From: a virus
Lineage: Duplodnaviria; Caudoviricetes
Length of the DNA: 55,648 nt
Virus record (IMG/VR): IMGVR_UViG_3300017756_003602
Span: 1 to 55,648 of that record
Direction: 5' to 3' (one strand)
The notes beneath the pieces were generated by a model. That model did not search any database and was not told the origin of the DNA. It was given only the letters and a program-made list of their open reading frames with translations. The position numbers and the translations under genes were made by a program. Shown one piece after another: positions 9,145-15,490 of the stretch (positions within the stretch are counted from its first letter, which is position 1; each line of letters opens with the position of its first letter).

Positions 9145-9531
9145 TTAAATCTTCTTGCCGTAAACGCTGGATGTAGCAATTAGATCGCTCTTCCATCCCC
9201 AGTTATCCATCACAAGCTTGTCGAACTGAGACTCGCTTAGCTCAATAACTTCATCCGTTGTCATCTCAATCATGCGAATTGCTTTCTTATAGTCCTCGCT
9301 GTGATCTTTTGGCATTGGGAAAGAAAGGTGCTCTTTAGGCTGAAAATCAACATCCCACTCCATTTCTTCCAACTGCTTTTTAAAAGACTTTGCTATTGTT
9401 TCTCTTCGCAACTTAAGAGCGTCTGAAACATCAATTTTGTGCTTATCAAGATTTGCTATGACATTTGAAAGAAGTTCCTCTTTCGTCAATTTCACGCTGT
9501 TCATTAGATTTCCTGCATTCATTTCAAACAT
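9145..9531 (-). CDS. Phage hypothetical protein
   Basis: AAGGAG SD; P.DHSEDYKKAIRMIEM...LVMDNWGW pattern. Confidence 0.75.
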   Translation of the reverse strand: MFEMNAGNLMNSVKLTKEELLSNVIANLDKHKIDVSDALKLRRETIAKSFKKQLEEMEWDVDFQPKEHLSFPMPKDHSEDYKKAIRMIEMTTDEVIELSESQFDKLVMDNWGWKSDLIATSSVYGKKI

Positions 9532-9549
9532 TGCATTTCTCCTTTAAAT

Positions 9550-9654
9550 TTACTTGTTAAAATCAATACTCTTTATTGCTTCTACCGTTGAGATAACAGC
9601 GATAAAGAAGAGTGACACTAGTGCTATCGCAATAAGTGTGAATACCGTGTTCAT
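9550..9654 (-). CDS. 34-aa single-TM peptide MNTVFTLIAIALVSLFFIAVISTVEAIKSIDFNK
   Basis: Hand-translated; ATGA overlap with upstream peptide gene. Confidence 0.55.
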   Translation of the reverse strand: MNTVFTLIAIALVSLFFIAVISTVEAIKSIDFNK

Positions 9655-9758
9655 TCGTCGTCACGCTCGCCTTGACCAGCGCGAATGAAAGCACCAACCA
9701 GAAAAGCAAAAACGCCCATCAAAATAAACAATCCAATTGCTAATAAAAACGTGTTCAT
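9651..9758 (-). CDS. 35-aa single-TM peptide MNTFLLAIGLFILMGVFAFLVGAFIRAGQGERDDE
   Basis: Hand-translated; AAGGA SD and ATGA overlap with LuxR gene stop. Confidence 0.6.
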   Translation of the reverse strand: MNTFLLAIGLFILMGVFAFLVGAFIRAGQGERDDE

Positions 9759-10183
9759 GCTGCTTCCTTCATTTCGGTGTTCTGACCGCTTGTGTAGTGC
9801 TTGATGACTATTTCAAGCATTGAGTTGGTGCCTAGTTTTTTGCTGATAACTCTCAGGTGAAAGCGAACGGTGTGTTCCGACAAAAAAATATTTGCTGCAA
9901 TCTGCTTGCGACTTATGCCAGTGACAAGTTGGTCGTAAACGCGGCGCTCAGCTTTAGATAACAACTCAACACCTGGCATACCGCTCTCATTGGTATAACC
10001 CAGTCCAATGTAATGCTTTGCCACGACTTCACGTGCCGAATGAGCGTCAAGCTTTTTGTAAATTTGAGCGCTGCACTCCTTAACACTGCGCACTGAAAGT
10101 CCGATTATCTTGGCGGCAGTGCGCTGGCTAAATCCTTTTATCATCAGGTCATAAACCTGTTGTTGGCGTGGTGTAAGATTCAT
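9755..10183 (-). CDS. Protein with two tandem LuxR/GerE-type HTH domains
   Basis: LTPRQQQVYDLMIKGFS...IIGLSVRSVK...IYKKL and LSKAERRVYDQLVTGISRKQIAANIFLSEHTVRFHLRVISKKLG. Confidence 0.85.
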   Translation of the reverse strand: MNLTPRQQQVYDLMIKGFSQRTAAKIIGLSVRSVKECSAQIYKKLDAHSAREVVAKHYIGLGYTNESGMPGVELLSKAERRVYDQLVTGISRKQIAANIFLSEHTVRFHLRVISKKLGTNSMLEIVIKHYTSGQNTEMKEAA

Positions 10184-10641
10184 GCTGCTTTCCTCACTTC
10201 CATAAACTTGTCACGACCCATGTAGTGAAGGGCAATGATTTCACGCGTTGAATTAACGCCTTTCTTTCTGCTTATTGCAGTGGTGTGAAACTTGATGGTT
10301 TGTAGCGACAAGCAAAGTTTGTCAGCAATTTGCTGCTGGCCCATACCAACAACAATCAAGTCGTGAACGCGTTGTTCAGATGGCGAAAGATCGCCATCGT
10401 AAACATTCACTTCACAAGCAGAAGTCAACTTTGGCAGATAGGTGTATCTATCAAAGCGGTGGCTGTGCGTCTGTGGGTGAAAGTCTTTCTCGCTAATTAC
10501 TTGCTGAACTGAGTCACCAATAGCATCGCGAATTACATCAATGGATTGTTCAGTAATGATGCACATACGGTCATCAAACTCTTTGCCGTTAATTGACACG
10601 GTAGTGCCTGGCTTTAGGAAAATATTGAATTTGGTATTCAT
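10180..10641 (-). CDS. Protein with C-terminal LuxR-type HTH and unknown N-terminal domain
   Basis: LSPSEQRVHDLIVVGMGQQQIADKLCLSLQTIKFHTTAISRKKGV. Confidence 0.85.
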   Translation of the reverse strand: MNTKFNIFLKPGTTVSINGKEFDDRMCIITEQSIDVIRDAIGDSVQQVISEKDFHPQTHSHRFDRYTYLPKLTSACEVNVYDGDLSPSEQRVHDLIVVGMGQQQIADKLCLSLQTIKFHTTAISRKKGVNSTREIIALHYMGRDKFMEVRKAA

Positions 10642-10919
10642 GCGGCTTTACCTTCTACGTTGTAGAGAAAGTCATCAATGTGGTAACCGTTAGGCGCACG
10701 ATTGAAGGCTTCAAGCGCACTGCGCAAAGCGCGTTCAACTTCTTTAGGGAGGGTTACTGGAATATCAGATTGTTCATCCAAGCACACAGTAACTGGCTGA
10801 ATAATGTTTCCCGACACAACAGACCACGTGTACGCTTTACCGCGCATTACGCTCTCTGTGAGCCGAGAAACAATTAGGTCTTTTTGAAACTTAAATAAAT
10901 CTACGTATGTTGAGGTCAT
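10638..10919 (-). CDS. First gene of pL operon, hypothetical (start revised to ATG at 10919, 93 aa)
   Basis: AGAGGA SD before ATG; the TTG at 10955 falls within the predicted promoter. Confidence 0.65.
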   Translation of the reverse strand: MTSTYVDLFKFQKDLIVSRLTESVMRGKAYTWSVVSGNIIQPVTVCLDEQSDIPVTLPKEVERALRSALEAFNRAPNGYHIDDFLYNVEGKAA

Positions 10920-10954
10920 GTTTTTTATCCTCTGGCTAATTACCGCATGATTCA

Positions 10955-11004
10955 AATGTAAGATAACTTAAATTTTTTGTCAATAAAAAATGTAAGATAA
11001 CTTA
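10955..11004 (-). promoter_or_regulatory. pL promoter (TTGACA-17-TACATT) with OL operators TAAGATAACTTA at 10959-10970 and 10993-11004
   Basis: Sigma70 hexamers at 10978-10983 and 10955-10960 on the minus strand; operator palindrome shared with the cI-cro gap. Confidence 0.85.
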
Positions 11005-11053
11005 AATTAATTTGTGAAATGATTAAGTAATGTAAAAACAGGGAGGGTTTTCT

Positions 11054-11455
11054 TTGGATTTCTTTGAAGCTGTCGGCGCACTACTATTAGTTGCCTTTAT
11101 GGGATATTTTCTGAATGTTTTTTACGTTCAGGGTAATAATATTTTACTGCTTATGCTGAATTCTTTCTGGTGGTGGCTTTCTTTCGTTGTGCTTCTATCT
11201 TTCTTTTTCTGGAAAGCCTGCTATTCATTTGATATGAATGTTGGTTACCCATTTTGGGCAAGCGCTTTTGTAGCGTATAAGCAAAGGGCGCAATGGAATG
11301 ACAAATCAGAAAAGCAAATTGCTAATGATGTTTACATGCAAATGTTCAATGTTGGCAGAGGCGTACTAAAAGTAACTTCTGGTAGGGTTGCTTTCATTGC
11401 TACATCTTTGTTTTCATGGGTGTATCTTTACAGTGAGATCACAAGTTACATTTGA
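11054..11455 (+). CDS. AT-rich membrane protein (moron between OL and cI)
   Basis: GGGAGG SD, TTG start, 3-4 hydrophobic segments. Confidence 0.65.
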   Translation: MDFFEAVGALLLVAFMGYFLNVFYVQGNNILLLMLNSFWWWLSFVVLLSFFFWKACYSFDMNVGYPFWASAFVAYKQRAQWNDKSEKQIANDVYMQMFNVGRGVLKVTSGRVAFIATSLFSWVYLYSEITSYI

Positions 11456-11501
11456 GGATTAACTCAAAGCGCATTGTGAGTGCGCTTTGTCATTTTTATT
11501 C

Positions 11502-11768
11502 TTATATAAATTTTACTTTTGATGAAAAACTAAACGCGAGGTACAGAGCTCCAAAAACTAGCGAGCATAGGAAAACTTGTGTAATCAAAACGGGAATATC
11601 TATATGCCCTAACATATCATCGAAGTTTAGTGGTGGAGTGAGAATGAATGCATAGCCAAGATTTAACTTAATTTCACCTCTATAGAAATATGTAAATGGT
11701 GGAAATAGTGCCATAAATGACAATGTTGCCGCGTAATAAAATAATACTGATGATTTTGTAATTTCCAT
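11502..11768 (-). CDS. Two-TM membrane protein directly downstream of cI (rex position)
   Basis: Starts 3 nt after cI stop; LFPPF...GYAFILTPP...ID...LITQ pattern with two TM helices. Confidence 0.7.
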   Translation of the reverse strand: MEITKSSVLFYYAATLSFMALFPPFTYFYRGEIKLNLGYAFILTPPLNFDDMLGHIDIPVLITQVFLCSLVFGALYLAFSFSSKVKFI

Positions 11769-11771
11769 TCA

Positions 11772-12482
11772 TTAATCCCAGATGCTCGTGTGCCAAAAAA
11801 CCTTTCCGATCACCTTGATTTGCTCTAGTTCTCGACCAAAGTACTTTTCGTCTGGATGCTCGTCACTATTAATGCTATTAATCCGCAAGCCATTACCAGG
11901 TATTCGGTAAAGCCTCTTAACTCTAAGTAAACCATCATGATTTATTGCATAAACTTTTCCATCAACAACTTTTGTATCAAATGTGTTTACGCCAACAACA
12001 TCACCGTCAAACAGTCGCGGCTCCATGCTGTTGCCGGAAACCTTAACGCATGCTGCTGCTTCCGTTTCAACTCCACAGCGTCGAAGTGTTGATTTGGAAA
12101 ATCTAAGTTTAGGCCCTCGCCTTTCTATATTGTATTCGCCACCAATCCCTGCTGCTAATTCTACTTCCATGAAAAAAGGCACCTCTACTTCATCTTCGTC
12201 AAGCGGTGTCGCGCTGTCCCAAGCGTCGATATGCCCATAATATTCCGCATTCTCGTTCACTTGATTCTTTTTACTTTGGTGATGCACACGCGGTAGCAGT
12301 TCGCTATGCACTCCAAGTATGTTAACTATCTCAAAAATATTGTCGCTACTAGGCTTATACTCGTCTTTCTCCCATGCCCTTACAGTCACATGAGATACGC
12401 CAAGCTTTTTGCCAAATTCGCCAGCTGATCTAAAGCCAGCTGCTTTTCGCGCCCGTTCTAAGCAACTTCCAAATGTATCCAT
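11772..12482 (-). CDS. cI: CI-like repressor (HTH_3 plus S24 peptidase)
   Basis: N-terminal HTH, AG cleavage site (LAAGIG), GNSMEP and VKRL catalytic Ser/Lys. Confidence 0.95.
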   Translation of the reverse strand: MDTFGSCLERARKAAGFRSAGEFGKKLGVSHVTVRAWEKDEYKPSSDNIFEIVNILGVHSELLPRVHHQSKKNQVNENAEYYGHIDAWDSATPLDEDEVEVPFFMEVELAAGIGGEYNIERRGPKLRFSKSTLRRCGVETEAAACVKVSGNSMEPRLFDGDVVGVNTFDTKVVDGKVYAINHDGLLRVKRLYRIPGNGLRINSINSDEHPDEKYFGRELEQIKVIGKVFWHTSIWD

Positions 12483-12500
12483 AAACCACCAATTTAATTT

Positions 12501-12560
12501 TAAGTTATCTTAAAACAGCTTGACGTAAGATATGTTAAGGTTTAAATTTAAGAAATCTTA
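12501..12560 (+). promoter_or_regulatory. OR operators (TAAGTTATCTTA 12501-12512, TAAGATATGTTA 12526-12537, TAAGAAATCTTA 12549-12560) and pR (TTGACG-17-TAAATT)
   Basis: Three TAAG-N4-(C/G)TTA palindromes at 23-25 bp spacing; -35 at 12520-12525, -10 at 12543-12548. Confidence 0.85.
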
Positions 12561-12580
12561 CATATTTTAAGGTTCTTAAC

Positions 12581-12766
12581 GTGAAAAAGAGTGATGCGAT
12601 TGAGCACTTCGGTAGCGCTTCAAAACTCGCTAGCGCAATCAATATAGCGCCCGCAGCAGTATCCCAATGGGGCGAGACTATACCGCTCCTTCGCGCTTAC
12701 CAGCTTGAAAAAATTACGGGCGGCAAGCTCAAAGTTGAAGAAGTCGAACTTAGTAAAGCCAGTTAA
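12581..12766 (+). CDS. cro: Cro-like repressor
   Basis: AIEHFGSASKLASAINIAPAAVSQWGETIPLLRAYQLEKITGGKLK; divergent from cI. Confidence 0.9.
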   Translation: MKKSDAIEHFGSASKLASAINIAPAAVSQWGETIPLLRAYQLEKITGGKLKVEEVELSKAS

Positions 12767-12782
12767 TACGGAGATAAAGGCT

Positions 12783-12971
12783 ATGTACGCAGACCCAAGA
12801 AAAATCAAAAAGAACGAAGTCAAAGTCCGTTTAGATGACGACGTTAATGACTTGCTTGAAGCGCTGGTAAAAAACACTGGCGGACAAAAAGCGGTAATTG
12901 TTCGTGACATTTTCATGCGTGGCCTAAAAGAGTCTGTTTCGTTTGGAAGCAAAGAGCGTACAGCAGCTTAA
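12783..12971 (+). CDS. Ribbon-helix-helix-like regulator in the cII position (start revised to ATG at 12783)
   Basis: GGAG SD; MYADPRKIK...VKVRLDD beta-strand followed by two helices. Confidence 0.65.
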   Translation: MYADPRKIKKNEVKVRLDDDVNDLLEALVKNTGGQKAVIVRDIFMRGLKESVSFGSKERTAA

Positions 12972-13027
12972 AACATTAACGAAGAACCCAAGGAGGGTTC
13001 ATCTAAGACTTTTTAAGGCCCTCAATA

Positions 13028-13225
13028 ATGACTGAAGAAAAAATAGAGCTCAGTAACGAAGAATTAGAACTACTACAAAAACATGCAGACGAGCTTGGCG
13101 TGAGTCTTGAGGAAGCAGCTCAACGAGCAATGCTTGAAGGTCTTGGATCTGTATTAACCGACATTTGCCCATCATCAATGGCTATGAAGAAGATTTTGAG
13201 GGACTCAAAAGCCCCTAATAAGTAG
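13028..13225 (+). CDS. Small CopG/RHH-like protein
   Basis: IELSNEELELLQKHADELGVSLEEAAQRA pattern. Confidence 0.55.
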   Translation: MTEEKIELSNEELELLQKHADELGVSLEEAAQRAMLEGLGSVLTDICPSSMAMKKILRDSKAPNK

Positions 13226-13237
13226 AGGAAAATTAAG

Positions 13238-13845
13238 CATGAGCAAAGTAGTTCAAGCTTGCCGATTTTTTAAAAGCGCAATGTCTTGCAATCGTTTGGC
13301 TTTCAATTCTATTCGCCTCTTCGCTTGCTTGGCTTCGAAATGCGAGTCCATCAAAAAGTATGCAATAGGAACTACGGGCAATAAAAGTGACATGAAATTC
13401 AATATCTCACTATCAACTTTCTTGACTTGTAAAAGCGCTGCAAATATTGCGACAGGCATACCAAGAAGGATGGGCCATTTTTTTAAAGCAGCTGCCGCAA
13501 AGTATTCATCATTACGCACTAGCCGAAAGTGTATGCGCCTAGCTGGCCCGTTAAATCTGCTCATCATGCTGATGATAATTGCTTTCGCTTCTGATAGTTC
13601 AATTTTCATGTTCGCGCTGGCTTCCTATTTAGTGCTGACAATCGCTGATTTAATTTTTGTATTTAACGCAACACGAGAGGGGTGCTAATGAAGCAGTTTA
13701 CTTTAAAAGCGGGTGAGATAGTGAAGATTAATGGCATTCCAATCGCCTTGGTTGAGGACGCCATTTTCGAAACTCACGAAAGCAACATGAGCGTTATTTT
13801 TCCAACTCAAAACAAACAGGATAAAGGTCATGAGCAAAGTAGTTC
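13238..13845 (+). repeat. 17-bp direct repeat CATGAGCAAAGTAGTTC (13238-13254 and 13829-13845)
   Basis: Exact match; both copies encode an MSKVV start. Confidence 0.85.
13253..13609 (-). CDS. Two-TM membrane protein oriented against the pR operon
   Basis: AGGAAG SD; two hydrophobic helices and basic C-terminus. Confidence 0.55.
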   Translation of the reverse strand: MKIELSEAKAIIISMMSRFNGPARRIHFRLVRNDEYFAAAALKKWPILLGMPVAIFAALLQVKKVDSEILNFMSLLLPVVPIAYFLMDSHFEAKQAKRRIELKAKRLQDIALLKNRQA

Positions 13846-13858
13846 CAATAAACCCTAA
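13688..13858 (+). CDS. 56-aa hypothetical protein MKQFTLKAGEIVKINGIPIALVED...
   Basis: Hand-translated; GAGG SD. Confidence 0.6.
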   Translation: MKQFTLKAGEIVKINGIPIALVEDAIFETHESNMSVIFPTQNKQDKGHEQSSSNKP

Positions 13859-13907
13859 ACGCACACAACCAAAGCCAGCTTTTACACCAACGCGGAGAGC
13901 AGCGTAA
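13830..13907 (+). CDS. 25-aa peptide MSKVVPINPKRTQPKPAFTPTRRAA
   Basis: Hand-translated; AGGA/AAGG SD; ends in RAA with TAATG coupling, like other genes of this phage. Confidence 0.4.
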   Translation: MSKVVPINPKRTQPKPAFTPTRRAA

Positions 13908-14080
13908 TGCGTTCTGAATTTGTGTGGTTTTGTAAGCGTCATTTTCGCAGCTTTGCGCATCAGTTTAAAACCGACTGGCAGTTTCGAGCGGCAACTATTG
14001 TATTAGCGGTTGAGTTAGCAGCTTTGGCCTATTACGCATCTGTCAGTTTTTGGCTGGATGCGTTTATTAGATCAATTTAG
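13907..14080 (+). CDS. 57-aa protein with C-terminal TM helix (MRSEFVWFCKRHF...)
   Basis: Hand-translated; GGAG SD; TAATG coupling. Confidence 0.55.
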   Translation: MRSEFVWFCKRHFRSFAHQFKTDWQFRAATIVLAVELAALAYYASVSFWLDAFIRSI

Positions 14081-14084
14081 CAGT

Positions 14085-14705
14085 AAGCGTTTGATGTTGC
14101 GCTTTAAACGTCCTGAATGTACCGCCTGAGCAATCTTCTTCCGTGTTGCGAGGACATTCAGATAAACGAAGCAGAAGTCATAAGAGTGTTGGGCTACTCG
14201 GACATGGTTAGCGACCTTAGCTAGCGGCGAAAGACAAAGGTGACACTTGGAGAGACAAGGCGTTTTGAGAATGACTGCTAGGGATGTAACGCAAGAAGCG
14301 CCCTAACGGGTAATGAGCTTGGTCAGTGTGGTATCGGTCAGTCATTCATCAAAGCGTTATTGCTGCTGGCTGTGGGCGAATGAGGGTGCCCACTATAAAC
14401 CCCACGGAATTAACCGACAAAGCCATGGGCCAGAGAACGTTCGGATAAGACGAGGCACCGGCAACGCTTTCTAGTATCGGTAACGGTAAGCAATAGGGCT
14501 TATTCATCCGAGTTGGTGCCAAGGTGACGACCATGGCCGCGCCTACTGCGAAAGTGTAGGGCGTTTTGAGAAGGCTTATTAGGTTATCAACGGTACGGCT
14601 TCACATTCACTGAGTGTGATGGGTAATCAATAAGCTTTCTCAAAGCGTTATGCGGATTGCACATTTGCGGTCGGCGCTTTCGACTGGCCCACGTTAAGGG
14701 CTAAA
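14085..14705 (+). ncRNA. Candidate structured ncRNA cluster, family unknown
   Basis: ~620 nt with no credible ORF; nearly continuous helices, two related 18-20 bp stems, GNRA tetraloops and G-U pairs that favour the + strand. Confidence 0.6.
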
Positions 14706-14706
14706 A

Positions 14707-14796
14707 CGAAAAAACCCCGCATGCCGTGGAAAGCAAATGCGGGGTTTAGATGATAAACATCGAGGTAATTATGATGCAAATCGAAAATATTAACAA
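14707..14796 (-). ncRNA. oop-like antisense RNA unit: promoter TTGTTA-17-CATAAT, ~55-nt RNA, intrinsic terminator
   Basis: -35 at 14791-14796, -10 at 14768-14773 overlapping the ATG at 14771 as in lambda pO; AAACCCCGCAT/ATGCGGGGTTT hairpin 14712-14747 with U-tract on the minus strand. Confidence 0.65.
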
Positions 14797-15490
14797 CTCT
14801 AAATACACAGATTACGCGTTACTGCCATTCAAAAATGTAACTGTTTTTGATAACGCAGAGGAAATGATTCTTGATCACAATGAAAAGGTTTTAGGTGGCT
14901 GGGTTTACGCTCTTTCGAATGAAAGTTTTCCTGACCTCCTAAAAATAGGTATGACAACTATCAGTCCAGTAGAGAGGGCAAGACAATTAGGCTCTTCTGG
15001 AGTTCCAACCCCCTTTAAAGTTGAGTGGTCAGTGCAGGTAAAAGATGCACCCAAAGTGGAGAAACAGATACACGAACACTTCAGCAAGGGGCGAGTAAAT
15101 TCATCTAGAGAATTTTTCAAAATAACGCTAGACGAACTCACTGAATACGTGAGCGAGGAAGTTGATTTCTACCTGTCATCAGGAATGGATGTGTTCTTTC
15201 AGTACCACACTATTCATTTGGATGAAGCGAAAAAAGAAAAGCGAGAGAATTTAAAAATATCCAGCGATCTTTTGGAAAGAATCAATTGCGAAGCTTTTGT
15301 GAAAAATAACACAGCCTTCATAGAAAGCTGCGTAGAGCTTGTCCTTTCCAAGTTCAGGGGAACGTTAATATTCAAAGATGGTGAGGTGAAAGTATCTCCA
15401 GAGCCCGAGTACAGTGGCCACTCAGAGTTTTTAAAGCCCCATCAAAAGCCAGTCCAGATAAGAGTTAAGAACGGTGGTTTTTCACTATGA
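14771..15490 (+). CDS. T5orf172/GIY-YIG superfamily nuclease-like protein (start revised to 14771)
   Basis: GWVYALSN...LLKIGMTT...ERARQL..SGVPTPF...EKQIHEHF...RVNSSREFF; GAGG SD. Confidence 0.85.
   Translation: MMQIENINNSKYTDYALLPFKNVTVFDNAEEMILDHNEKVLGGWVYALSNESFPDLLKIGMTTISPVERARQLGSSGVPTPFKVEWSVQVKDAPKVEKQIHEHFSKGRVNSSREFFKITLDELTEYVSEEVDFYLSSGMDVFFQYHTIHLDEAKKEKRENLKISSDLLERINCEAFVKNNTAFIESCVELVLSKFRGTLIFKDGEVKVSPEPEYSGHSEFLKPHQKPVQIRVKNGGFSL

Noticed and set aside
14349-14534. 61-aa minus-strand ORF in the non-coding block
   Set aside because: No convincing SD, opposes the operon, and the sequence is better explained by + strand RNA structure
14538-14566. c-di-GMP-I (GEMM) riboswitch-like CCTACTGCGAAAGTGTAGGGCG
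   Set aside because: Lacks the flanking GGCAAA and GCAAA conserved nucleotides and the P2 stem
14260-14651. CRISPR array or integron attC sites (units end in GCGTTAT)
   Set aside because: Only two units, with repeats arranged as inverted arms rather than a repeat-spacer series; no RYYYAAC inverse core, no cassette ORFs, no cas or integron integrase gene
14085-14705. tRNA or known self-cleaving ribozyme
   Set aside because: No cloverleaf with a GTTCRA T-loop; no hammerhead CUGANGA/GAAA core; HDV, twister and pistol consensus not matched by eye
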